From the NCBI RefSeq assembly GCF_009914755.1, contig NC_060926.1: a stretch of DNA of 64,000 nucleotides, one strand, 5' to 3'. Origin of the DNA: the human T2T-CHM13v2.0 reference genome, Homo sapiens. Shown here piece by piece: positions 1 through 17,063 of this stretch. The position numbers were made by a program, and so were the translations under genes. Under the pieces are notes generated by a model. It searched no databases. It had not been told where the DNA came from and saw nothing but the letters and a program-made list of their open reading frames with translations. The stretch's first letter is position 1, and the number at the start of each line of letters is the position of its first letter.

Positions 1-3000
1 ACTCAAGACAACAAGTAAACAATTCAAAAATTAGGAAAACAATTCATGATCTGAATGGAAATTTAATGAAGTATTAGATATCATTAAAAAAAAACTAAAA
101 AGAAAACCTGGAAATAAAAAATAACATAAATGAAATAAAGCATATACTAGAAAGTCTCAATAGTAGAGTAGACAAAATAGAAGAAGTAATTTCTGAACTG
201 ACAACAGGTCTTTTGAAACGACCCATTTAGAGGAACAAAAAAAAAATGAAGAAGAGAATAGCCTACATAAAAAATGAAGCACTATAAAATAACCAAATTC
301 CCAAATTTTATCCTTCAGAGGAAGAGATTAGAAAAGACATAGAAATCCTATTTAAAAAATAGCTGAAAGTGTGCCAAGTCTTGAAAGATATACAGACATT
401 TAGATAAAGTTTGAAAATACACAGATATATTCAACTAACAAAGGACTCCAGCAAGGCATTTATACTCAAAGTGTTGTAAGTCTAAGACAAAGAGAGAATT
501 CTAAAAACAGCAAGAGAAAGCATCAAATTTTGTATGGGGAAATTTCCATTAGACTAGCAGTGGATTACTCATATAAACCCTACAGGCTAGAATAAAAAGG
601 AAAATATATTTAAAGTGCTAAGAGGAAAAAATAAAAACCTGTCAGCAGAGTTATCCTTCCAAAATGAAGGAGAAATAAAGCTTTTCTCAGCCAAGCAAAA
701 ACTGAAGGAATTCATCATGACTAGATGGGCCCTACAAGAAATACTTAAGAGGGACCTACTTGTGGAAGTGGAAGGCTGACATCTACCATCATTAAATCAC
801 ATAGAAGTATATAATTCACTAGTACAGCAGGCACACAAGTGAAAAAGGATAGGAGTCAAATGAAATTACAACAAAAAACTTTACCAAATTATAAAGGTAA
901 ATAAAAAAGGAAGAGAAGAAAAGAAATATATAAAACAATAAAAAAACTAGTAACAAAATGGCAGGTGTAAGTCCTCACCTATTAATAATAACATTAATTA
1001 TAAATATTTTTAATTCCCCAACTAAACAATATAGACTGGATGAATGAATTAAAAATATAAGATCCAACTATATGCTGCCAACTGAAAACTCACTTTACCA
1101 GTAAAGACACAGATAGACTGAAAGAAGTGAAGAAAAAAAAAAATCCATGCAAGTGGAAACCAGAAGTATGCAGGCATAGCTATACTTGGATAGAATGTAA
1201 TTTAAATAAAATAATATTAATAATAAAATGACAAAGGTTATATTACAACTATAAAGGGGCCATTTCAGCAAAAAGATATAACAATTGTAAATATATATGC
1301 AACCAAAATAAGAGCACCAGATGTATAAACTAAATATTACTGTAGCTAAAGAGAAAGATAGAACCCAATACAATAATAGCTGAAAACATCAACACCCCAA
1401 TTCAGCATTGGACAGATCATGTAGACGAAATCAACAAAGAAACATTGGGTTTAATCTGCATTACAGAACAAGTTGACCTAATAGGCATTTACAGACTATT
1501 TCTTCCAATAGTTACAACATACACATTTGTCTCATCAGTACATGAAACATTCTCTAGAATAAGCCACATGTTAAGCCACAGAACAAAACTCAACACGCTC
1601 AACAAAGTAAAAATAATATCAAGTATCTTCTTAGACAACAATAAAATAAAGTTAAAAACTAATACCAAGAGGAACTTTTGAAACTGTATAAAGACATGGA
1701 AATTAAACAACATGCTCCTGAATGGCAATTGGATCAATAAAGAAATTACGAAGATAAATTTTAAAAATATTGAAACAAATTAAAATGAAACTACAACCTA
1801 CAGGATCTAGCAAAAGCACTGCTAAGGTGCAAATATATTACAAGGAAGCCTACGTCAAAAAAATAAAAAGTTCTCAAATAAACAAGCTAATAATGCACCT
1901 CAACAAACTAGAACAGCAAGAACAAACCAAACCCATAATTAGTAGAAGGAAAGAAAAAAAAATAGTTATCAGAGCAAAACTAAATGAAATCGAGACTTAA
2001 AAAAAATACAAAGAATCAAGAGAATGAAAAGTTGATCTTTAAAAGATAAACAAAATCAGTAAACTATTAGCTAGACTAGTTAAAAATGAGAAGACCCAAA
2101 TAAAATGGGAAATAAAGAGGACATGACAACTGATACCACAAAAATATAAAATATCATTAGAGACTAGTATGAACTATTGTATACTAATAAATAGGAGATC
2201 CTAGAGAAAATGAATAAACTTTTGGATACTAATCCCCTACCAAGATTGAACAAGGAAGAACTAGAAAGCCTGACAGACCAATAACAAGTAACAAGATTTA
2301 ATTCGTAACAAAACATATTCCAACAAAGAAAAACTCTGGACAGATGGCTTTGCTACTGAATTCTACCAAACTTATAAAGAAAAATTAACATAAATTCTTT
2401 TCAAGCTACCCCCAAAAAATTGAAGAGTAGGAAATTCAAACTCATCTATGAATGCAGCATCACCCTGATACCAAAACCAGTAAAGGACACAACAACAACA
2501 ACAACAAAAACTACAGGCGTTTAGGTTATTCTCAAGCAAACAACCTAAGAATGCAGCTCAAGGGACTATGGTAAACATAGATGCAAAAATCCTCAACAAA
2601 ATACCAGCAAACCGAATCCAACAACACATGAAAAAGATAATACAGTGTGATATAATGGGATTTATACCATGGATACAAGCATGGTTCAACATAAGCACAT
2701 CAATATATGTGATACATCAAATAAAGAGAATGAAGAACACAAAAATATGATCACCTCAATAGATGCAGTAAAAGCATTTGAAAAAATTCAATGTAGCTTC
2801 ATGATGAAAACTCAACAATTAGGTAAGAATTAGCATACCTCAACATAATAAAGGCCATATATGACAAAACCACCGTTAAACCCGTACTGAATGGGAAAAG
2901 GATGAAAGCCTTTTCCTTAAGAACTGGAAGAAGACCAGGATACAAACTTTCACCACTCTTATTCAATACAATACAGGAAGTCCTAGCCAGAGGAATCAGA

Positions 3001-4590
3001 AAAGAAAAAAAATAAGAGGCATCCAAATTGGAAAAGACAGAGCCAATGTCCCTCTTTGCAGAAAACCTGATCTTATATACAGAAAACTCTAAGAAAACCA
3101 ACAACAAAACTTAGCACCAATACATTCAGTAAATTTGCAGGATACAAAATCAACATACAAAAGTCAGTAGCATTTCTATATGCCAACTAAAAACCAGATG
3201 AAAAAGAAATCAAGAAAGGAATTTCATTTACAGTAGCTAAAAAAAAAAGAAAACCTATAAATAATTTTACTCAAGGAGGTAAAAGACCTCTATAGTGAAG
3301 ACTACTACAAAACACTGAAGAGAGAAATTGGAGAGTACACAAACAAAAGAAAGACATCTCATACACATGGATCAGAAGAATTAATAATGTTAAAAATACA
3401 GCACTACTCAAAACAATCAAGGGATTTGATGCAATTCCTAACAGAATACCAGTGGCATTCTTCACAAAAACAGAAATAGCAATTCTAAAATTGTTAAAGC
3501 AATTCTAAAATCTCGAAAGACCCTTAGTAGCCAAAGCAATATTGAGCAAAAAGAGCAAAGTTGGGAGCATCACACTGCCTAATTTCAAAATATACTACAA
3601 AGATACAGTAACCAAAGCAGTGTGGTATTGTACAAAAATAGACACACAGACCAATGAAACAGAATAGAAAGCCAGACATAAATTAATGTATTTATTGCCA
3701 ATTAGTTTTCTACAAATGCACCAAGAACATACATTGGGCTAAATATATCTTCTTCAATAAATAGTGCTGGAAAAACTGGATATCCATATGCAAAATAATG
3801 AAACTAGATCCCTATCTCTCACTCTATACAAAGATCAAGTAAGAGTGGATTAAATACTTAAATATAAGACCTGCAACTATAAAACTACTAGAAGAAAACA
3901 TAAGGGAAATACTTCAAGGCATTGGTCTAGGCAATGGTTTTATGGTTAATACTTTAAAGCTTCAGGCAACAGAAACCAAAAAGAGACAAATGAGAGTGTA
4001 TTAAACTAAAAAAAAATCCTGCATGGCAAAGAAAACAATCAGCAAAATGAAAAGACAACCTGCAGAATGGGAAAAAATGTTTGCAAGCTATTCATCTGAC
4101 AATAGACAGATATAGAGAAGATACAAGAAACTCAAATAATTTGATACCAAAAATCAACTCCATATAAAAAAGTGGGCAAAGGATGTGAACTAGACATTTC
4201 TGAAAAGAAGACATACAAACCATCAACAGGTATATGAAAAAATGGTCAACATGACTAATCATCAGGGAAATGAAAATCAAAACCACAATGAGAAATCATC
4301 TTACCCCAGTTAGAATGGCTACTATCAAAGAGAAAATAAATAAATGCTGGCAGGAATGCAGAGAAAAGGGAATTCTCATCAGTGTTGTTAGAAGTGTGAG
4401 TTAGTACAGCCATTACAGAAAACAGTAAGGAGTTTATCAAAATACTTAAAAATAGATCTACCATATGGTCCAGCAATCCCACTACTGGCTACTTATACAA
4501 AGGAAGGGAAATCAATATATCAAAGTGATACCTGCACCTGCATGCTTACTGCACCATTACTCATAATAGCAAAGTTATGGAATCATTCTA
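1..4590 (+). mobile_element. Decayed LINE-1 (old L1M/L1PB-type): ORF1 remnant, spacer and most of ORF2; runs off the left edge, 3'UTR missing
   Basis: A-rich sense strand. ORF2-like peptide [25 protein letters not shown] (2568-2750), endonuclease-like sequence from ~960, many stops and frameshifts. Homology ends near the ORF2 C-terminus at ~4590. Confidence 0.93.
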
Positions 4591-4594
4591 AAAT

Positions 4595-8585
<3,991 letters not shown>

Positions 8586-8599
8586 ATGCATGTCCTCCT

Positions 8600-8830
8600 G
8601 GAAGAAACAGTGAGTTGGAGCCAGACAGATTGATCAGTTACAACTCTGTCACCAGCAACTCTGTGACCTTGAGAAAATCTCTCAAACTCCCTATGCCTTA
8701 GCACCTTCATATGAAAAATGACATAGAAAATAATATCTATATCATTGAGTTGTATTGAAAGCTAAAAATATACCTTCAGTGTAAAATCCCTAGACAGAGA
8801 TCTTGCACTTATCTGGAGCTCATGCATTAT
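8600..8830 (+). mobile_element. MIR remnant
   Basis: Core-like ctgtgaccttgagaaaatctctcaaactccctatgccttagcaccttcatatgaaaatg. Confidence 0.55.
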
Positions 8831-9429
8831 TAAAGATAAAGCATATGGATTAAGAGCCAAAGGACTTGATCTTTTCATTTAAAGTAGGGCCTGACTTAAG
8901 GAGATACAAGAAATGATTATGTATCCTGCACAAAATATGAGGCAAGGATGTCTGAAAGTTGTGACTGACAATAAGGCAGCATATTTTAAATTAGAACAGG
9001 TCCCCAAGTCCAAGACCTATTACTGCTGCCTTTAAAAGCAAACAATCCATTTGTTCACACAGTGTAATCTGAAGGTCCAAAAGAGCAGTCTGATTACATA
9101 GTGATCTCTAGCAATGTCAAGCATTTCTTTAAAAGGAAACAGCGGTGTTTTTGAAATAAAGAGAGATAAGAATAAAAACTATTTACTATTTACCTGAGTG
9201 GCACCTTCTGTGTGTCATTTCAACACCATGACAACTTTATGAGTTACACGTGGCTCTGTAAATGTATAAACACATCTAAGTGAGGCAAAGTAATTGGTCT
9301 AAGACCACTCAGGTAATAAATGGTGGAACCAAAATAAAATGGTGTTCAATTTTACTGCAAATATAACAAAGACATAAAAGAACTCGTAATTACAATATGA
9401 TTATTTAAAATAAAATACAATAATAAAAT

Positions 9430-9545
9430 AAAGAATCTCAAACCTCTCTCTTGGAGGATCTGATTCCATAGGTTTAGCACAGAACCTGGGAATCTGAATG
9501 TAAAAGAAACACATTTTATTATCATCTGAAAAGTTTGGGACACAC
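9430..9545. mobile_element. MER5-like hAT DNA transposon remnant
   Basis: atctgattccataggt...cctgggaatctgaatgt...aaagtttgggacac resembles MER5. Confidence 0.4.
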
Positions 9546-10284
9546 GTTTACAAAATTGTTTTATTTTATCATCTTATTGTGAGTTGAGGAAGTAGCAAAT
9601 AAACTCCTAAAGGAAATTAAATACTGTGTTTACTTTAGTGACATTTAGCCTACAGAAGAACTGTTCTTACGTTATCAAAGTCAGATTTAAAGTAATCAAT
9701 TACTCAAATACTTTTCTTACTAGATACTGTGACAAACATTTTACACTTTGCTTTGGCTGTTGGGAAGGTCAGGACTGAGTTTTTTTCTCAGTGTTGACAT
9801 GCAACGGTATGAATCTCTTCTGATACCATTCTAATATTCTACTTATATTTTCCTTCCGTTTTATATCTTTTTTATTTTAACTCAATTTTATTGTGTGCAT
9901 ATATGTATATATATAAATATACATACACATATATGATGTATGTTTATTATATATTTAAATATTGTGCTCACAAGAATATAAATGCATGCAAACAAACATT
10001 TATAGAAACAAAGACTTCATTACAGTGAAAGCATAGTAATGTCAGATTTACTCATTTGAGAACAGTTCTTCTTTCATTGGGTAGATCAAGGAAGCAACCA
10101 AAGAAAGGAAATATTAGGATATTGGGAAGAGGCCCTTAGGGAGACTGGGTGTCAACTTCTCTCTGCCACAGTTTATCAGAATCAACCTAATTGATAACAT
10201 AAATTTCTTCTGACACAAAAAGACTTAAAAGCAAGAAAATAATTAAATAATTAATAAAAATAAATAAAAAATAATTAAAATAAT

Positions 10285-11075
10285 TAAAAAGGCAAAGGAT
10301 GTTAATAGACATTTCATAACAGAAAACATACAAATGGCCAATTATATAAAAAGATCACCAATCATCAGAGAAATGCAAATTTAAACTACAATGAAATACC
10401 ACCTCACACATGTTAGTTTGGCTATTATCAAAAAGACAAAAGATAACAAGTGTTGATGAGAATGTGGGGACACTTGCATCCTATTTTGGAAGTGTAAATT
10501 AGTACAGTATTTATAGAAACAGCATGGAGGCTCCTCAGAGAATTAAAGAAAGAACTACCATATAATCCACTACTGTGTGTATATTTAAAGAAAATGAAAT
10601 CAATGTATTGAAGAAATATCTGCATTCCCATGTTTATTGAAGTACTATTCACAATAGCCAAAGGATGAAATCCACCTAAGTGACAGATGAATAAAGAAAT
10701 ATTTGTGTATATACAATGGAAAACTTTTCAGCCTTAAAAAAGGAAAGAATTCTGTTATTTGTGACATCACTCATGAATCTGGAGAACACTAGGCTAAGTG
10801 AAATAAGCTAGGCTCAGAAAGACAGATATCACATGATTTCGGTTACATGTGAAATCCAAAAAAGCCAGACTCAGCAATGAGGATGGGGAGATGTTGGTCA
10901 AGGGTATAAGATTCTTGTTTGATAGGAGCAATTAGTTTTTGAGATCCATTGCACACAAAAAAATGGTAAGTATATGAGATGATTGATATGTTGACTAGCT
11001 TAATCAATCCACAACATATACATAAATGAGATAACACATTGTACCCCATAAATGTTTAAAATTATTATTTGTTAT
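10285..11075 (+). mobile_element. LINE-1 3' fragment (L1MA-like): ORF2 C-terminus plus 3'UTR
   Basis: gaaatgcaaatttaaactacaatgaaataccacctcacac..., ggctaagtgaaataagctaggctcagaaagacag, ends cacattgtaccccataaat. Confidence 0.88.
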
Positions 11076-11200
11076 TGAAAATAATACATACGTAAACTAC
11101 ACTGAAATAACACCTCACAAGCAAGAGGTATCGGCCTCTTGTCACATATATGTATGTATTATTTTCAATAACAAATGATAATTTTTTACATTTAAAAGTT

Positions 11201-11341
11201 ACATATATATTCTGTTTAAATATATATATTCTGAAAATATATATACATATATATTCTGAAAATATATATACATATATATTCTGTAAATATATATACATAT
11301 ATATTCTGTAAATATATATACATATATATATTCTGTTTAAA
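11201..11341. repeat. AT-rich minisatellite, 25-bp unit catatatattctg(a/t)aaatatatata, about 5 copies
   Basis: Unit starts recur at 11246, 11271, 11296 and 11321. Confidence 0.9.
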
Positions 11342-12314
11342 TGATATAACTTGTTTAAAGCATCCATTCTAATATATAACTGGAATCAAATATTGTCCAT
11401 TGGTTAATTCTCAGTATATCAGCTACAGGTAACTAATTTCTGTGTCATTCCGATTTTTTTTCACCAATAAAGAAAAAAATGGATGATGTAATCAACACTT
11501 GCTTTCCATGAACTCTTCTTTATTGTCAAGAAATTCCTCCACTTGAGGAAATTTTGACCAAATAATAAGATTTGTCTGGTTGTCTCTTTCCCTGTGGTTA
11601 CAATGAGCTAATCCTTGTCTCAAATTATTTTTCCTTACAAGCAACTCTTTCTGTGGTATGATTGGAGACATGAGGATTTTGCTCTCAAGTTCAAATTAGT
11701 GAAATCTGACTGAATAGCAAATATTCTTTTTACAATTAAATTGAGAAGTACTCAGATAAATTTAAACATTTTCTCCAATGGCAAATATTAAAAAAAATAA
11801 GAATAAATTCATTTTAACCAAAACCAGGGAACCTACCATGAGTTGTGAGGGTCCTTTGCAGGAATAAGAAAATAATTAAATGACACATTACTGGTTTGTA
11901 ATCGCTGCAGATGTTTTGAATAGAGATGCGAGAACTGAGATGTAATTAAATATATGTCATTCTTTTATTAAATTTCTGGGTTGCTGATGAAAGGCTCATC
12001 TTACCTGGTAGTTTAGAATTTCAGAATTTTTTTAGGTTATTAGAACACATTATGTGGAGAAGAGGCAAGAGTTGAAGAAATGTACTTTATGACAGAAAAC
12101 AAACATGATAGAGACCAATGCAAAATCGACCAATTAGACATTTTTATGAGTTCATAAAATGTTACAAAAAAGGTAACATTTTGTAAAAGAAGTAGAAAAT
12201 CTATTTGTTGTTTTGAATTAATTGTGTACCAAAATTGTGAAAAAGTTGGCTAAGTACATCCAAGATGCTTACCAATGACATGGACTTAGCTTAATTATAC
12301 AGGAGAAGAGAAAT

Positions 12315-12500
12315 GAACATTTATCGAGTGTTTACAATAGACCATACATTATACTAGGTGATTTCACATGTCTTGTTTTACTTCTAATACTCCTGTTATA
12401 AATGTTATGAATCTCAGTTATTCAGGAGATTAAGTCATCAGAGAAGTTTCCAAGTAATTAAGTCACAAAGCTAGTAGGTTATGGATGTTGGATTTAACTA
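12315..12500 (-). mobile_element. MIR remnant
   Basis: aacatttatcgagtgtttac...aagtcacaaagctagtagg matches reverse MIR. Confidence 0.5.
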
Positions 12501-14814
12501 CCCTCACCACTCATCTCTTCCTAAAGCCTCTTTCTCATACTGCATTAGGTTATCACTATATGAAGACTACATTTTTGCTGTTATTAAAAAAAAATCAACT
12601 ATTTTCCTTTGGTCCAAAAGTTTTGCCAGAATTTGTATTATTGCTGCTACAAAATTGATTCAAACATATAATCATTTTGACACTTTGTTACTAATTAATT
12701 TGGTATTTTTTCAATGATGAAAATCTTAGTAAGTTTACTAACTTTTCACATAAATGGCCTAGAAATAGTACAATCTGAAATAACATTCCTTTTCTTTCTC
12801 TGCAGGTTTTATGCCCAGGTCTATCAAATATCATGTGTGAGTCACCGTTCCCTCTGGTGCCATACTTGATATTGTTTTGTTCTCCTAACAATTTCAAAGT
12901 ATAAGCAAGAGGTATCAGCCTCTTGTCACATAGGCCAAAGTACAAACAGTACTTAGCTTCTCTAAGCAGTATGTATGATAATTTATACAATATCCCTGGT
13001 ACGTTTCAGTCAATATTCTGTTATTAGTGTTTACTATATACTTTTCTAAATATTTTCTAGTGCCTTCAACTTGTCTTTGTTCCAAACCCCAGTAGGATCA
13101 GGCAACAAGTCAATTTTCTGCATATTTGATGAATACATTTTAAACAATTATAGAAAGTGAAACATATTTCATACCATTCAACCTGACATTCTTCCTATAT
13201 CAGTTTGATTATATGGATGCAACCACTCTCTCTCCCTTCTTTTGTTTTTCTCTTAATGAAAACTAGAATCAAACATGGTGCAGATTTTCTAGAATGTCTA
13301 ATGCAGGAACGTACAGAATTCTGAGATGAGAGGTGTATTCCTTTCCAAATCAATGAGCAAAACTAAAGAGAGTATGCCTGCATCATTTCTCACAGGACAC
13401 AATAGGGGCTGATACTAACTGGAAATCTGGTAACAGGTTTTTGGTGTTCACATTTTAGTGTTCATTATAAAGCAACTGCTGACACAAATCAAGTCCACTT
13501 ACTGCTTGGTCAATAGGTCATCAGGAAAAAATCAGCTCTGAAGCTCTGTTGGCTGATTGAACTTCTGTAGGTCCTGCTACCAATCCCGAAAGTAACCATT
13601 GGTGATCACTTAAAGTTCGGGGAAGATGAATTTTGAAATTGGTCCTATTCAAGTGCAGAAGAACCAAAGAAAGAGCTAAACAGAAGAAACCTGTGAACCT
13701 GTGTGAAATTGAAAATCCCTGGATGGGAACTGCACAGTGCTAATCGTTATCTTCGGCCAATCAATTGACTCTGTGTTTACTAGATATTTGTCTTATTTCT
13801 GAATTCAGTATATCTTCAGCGTTCCCCATTTGTCATATAATTGTTATTGTTAGTTTTGGACAAATAGTATTTGCTATTTTTGAGGATGCAGCAAAATTCT
13901 GATCTTTCAAATCTGGAGTAGAGGCAAAGTTAGAGACTGCACAAGGCCCTAGACACCATTTTGGTAACATTTGCTTTTGTTCTTGACTCAAGCTATCTTC
14001 AAGAAGGCATTTACTTCTCAGAACTCATGTACTGACATGGAGTATTGCAATAACTCCAACAATCAATAAGCCTGCTTCTAAGGTGGGCTGAGTGCTTAAG
14101 CACTTCACAGTGATGGGGTTAACCTACCCCCCCAAGTGCATTTTAAGACTAAGTTTTCATGAAAATATTCATTTTCAAAAAGACACTTATAATCCAACCA
14201 AACATGATGAGATTTTTTCCATTAAACACACATAAAAATATATATCTGAAATAATCCACTTTATATAATGAATTGTACAAAATTGTTTTAACACAATTTT
14301 TGCGTTAAAACAGTTTTTAACAGTTTTAAAGCAGTTTTACAACACAAATTATTGTGCCGTAGTAGAAACATTGAGTATTACAAGGTAGCAATCAATGGGA
14401 ACTCAAATATATAAATATTTTTAAAATCATAACAAGTTGTACTGCACACTTGAAATTTACGTTGAAATTAAAATGAAATTACTTGGCTGGCTCCATTGTA
14501 ATAAGGTGAAACAGAGAGCACAATAGTTGTAAATTTCCTTATATAACAAATGTCTATTAAACAATTTTTAAAGTAATACTAAAATAAGAATACATACGTG
14601 GAAACCTATGGAAAGACAGTGTTTCTTCATTTTTTATGTCAATACCCTTAATTGTTGTTATCACTGTGTTTTTTTCTCATCAGACCTAAGTCATCCATGA
14701 GGCCTCAATGGCAAATGAATAAATAATGTTTAAATTCCAGCTGTAATTGTGCCAACCTCTAATCTTGCTGCTAAGCCAGATGGTGACTCGCAATTCGAAA
14801 TAAGAGTGCATAAC

Positions 14815-15020
14815 TGAAAGAGCATGTACCTTGGAGAAAACTGACCTTAGTTCCAATCCTAATTTCACCACTTATTAACTGTGTAACCCTGAGCAAATTC
14901 CTTTAACCCTCTGACCTCAGGGCATCCATCTCTAAAATGGTTATGGCAATGACCTCACAGGATTCTTGTAAAGCTATAACGAGAGAAAATATATGTAAAA
15001 CAAACCAATGCAGAGCAAAG
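14815..15020 (+). mobile_element. MIR
   Basis: ccacttattaactgtgtaaccctgagcaaattcctttaaccctctgacctcag...catctctaaaatgg core. Confidence 0.78.
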
Positions 15021-15426
15021 TCCATAACTGGGGCTCAGACTGGCCTTTATTTGGAAAATAAAGAGGTGAACATGCAGCAGGGAACCAAGGAAACATGAAA
15101 ATGGTGGGCTACACAGTGTAAGCACAACCAACCTGGACATCTCGCTCTATTAATGACCTAAAAGAGAAATTTTCTTTTGTAGTTTATGAAGTTTCTCAGC
15201 CTTAAATTCTCATCTCCTATAAGAATACACAATTTCTCATCTCTCCCCTTAAGCAAGGGATTACTCTTTCTTTTTTATTCCCATTTCATGAGGAATATGA
15301 TGCTATTATTAGTTTTATTTATTTCTACCTTATACTATTAATATATTGTTTAAATATTTTCTGTAATCCTATATTCGGTTATTGAGAGAGGGGCCTTGTC
15401 CACGCTATCTCTAAAACAGTATACAA

Positions 15427-15746
15427 GGCTGAGTGCAGTGGCTCATACCTATAATCTCAGCATTTTTAGAGGCTGTGGCAGGAGAATTGCTTGAGGACAG
15501 GGTTTAGAAACCAGCCTGAGCAACATACTGAGACCCTGCACAAAAATACTTTTTAAAAAATTAGCCAACCATGGTGGCACACACCTGTGGTCACAGCTAC
15601 TCAGGAGGCTGAGGTAGGATGATCATCTAAGCTGAAGAAGTCCAGACTGCCATGAGCCATGATCATGCCACTACACACCAGCCTGGGAGTGAGACCCTGT
15701 CTCAAAAAGTAAAAATAAATAAATACATAAAAATTAAATAAATAAT
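15427..15746 (+). mobile_element. AluJ
   Basis: Diverged dimer with J features (aattgcttgagg..., gagccatgatcatgccact). TSD acagtataca at 15416-15425 and 15747-15756. Confidence 0.9.
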
Positions 15747-16054
15747 ACAGTATACACTTACTTATACCCTTAATCTACTCCAAACTGCTCTCATCACAGG
15801 CAGCAGAGTGATAAAAGGTAACAGAGTTTCTCCCCAATGATATCAAATATATGATGTAAACAAATGAAATCATTATTTCTCAGTCACAGGAAAAGACCTG
15901 TGCCAGAAATGTGGCCCTTAAAACTAGATATCTCTTGGGAAGCTTTCACAATTTGGATAATTTTCTCAATATCTAAGGCCTTCCTCTGCACCTTGTTACC
16001 TTATATTATGTCATAAGAAGGGGAGTGAGTCTAGCTCTCAAGAGTAGGTACGTT

Positions 16055-16345
16055 TGGAGACTGTTATTTTAAGTGAAGTAACTCAGGAATGGAAAACCAA
16101 ACGTCTTATGTTCTGCTGATATGTGGGAGCTAAGCTATGAGGATGCAGAGGCAAAAGAATGATACAATGTACTTTGGGGATTTGCGGGGGAAGAGTGGAA
16201 GGGGGTGAGGGATAAAATACTACAACTAGGGTGCAGCGTATACTGCACCAGTGATGGGTGCATAAAAATCTCACAAATTACCGCTGAAGAACTTATTCAT
16301 GTAACCAAACACCACCTGTAACCCAATAACCTATGGGAAAAAAAG
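16055..16345 (+). mobile_element. LINE-1 3'UTR fragment (L1PB/L1MA1-like)
   Basis: aagtgaagtaactcaggaatggaaaaccaaac...gtgggagctaagctatgaggatgc...catgtaaccaaacaccacctg followed by an A tail. Confidence 0.85.
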
Positions 16346-17029
16346 TAGATAAGTCTTAACAAATTTTACCCAGGTATAAAAAGCAGGATGCAAATTTATT
16401 CACTTACAAAAGGACATATTATTATGAAGATCAAATATTTGAAGTACTCACTTCAGTATATTTTCCTCCTCTTTTTTGCGTATGAGAAATTACAGTCATG
16501 AGAAAACTAAGAATAAAAGTTGCCATCATTAATGTCCTTTTCTACTATGCCAGCCTTGAGTTGCTTTGGAGATGTGAAAACAGGAGAAGAAAATAGGGAT
16601 GGGGATGAAACAGAGGCCCATGAGCAAGGATAGTTTGCTGCCTCCATTTCACAGTGTAATGGTCTTTTGCAAGGAATCTGAAAGTTTTTCAGTGACTGTC
16701 TCTTTTCCGTGAAAAATGGTGTATTGGTCCCACCGATCATAGACTCACTCTCTCCCGTGCTTCTAAGTTTCACCAATTCTTCTTCTAATTGAAAACTATT
16801 TTTTCTTCATAGGTAGTAACACAAATTGCATTAAATACTGATAAGTTGAAGGTCATTTAAATCTTTAAGTAACTTTGTAAATCTGTATTCTGGTCCTATT
16901 TGTGTAGAAATAATTTTATTTTAAAAGAGACTGTCTTTTATAAAATTAAAAATAGCTACTTTTTTTGACATCAGGTGCTGTTTGCAATAGTTCTCAAGTG
17001 CTGTGATATGTATAATTGGCAGTGAGTGT

Positions 17030-17030
<1 letters not shown>

Positions 17031-17060
<30 letters not shown>
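17031..17060. repeat. (CA)15 microsatellite
   Basis: Perfect CA run. Confidence 0.95.

Positions 17061-17063
<3 letters not shown>

Noticed and set aside
11065-11367. 100-aa I/Y-rich ORF and a possible CRISPR-like array
   Set aside because: Head-to-tail AT minisatellite with no spacers, in a eukaryotic context.
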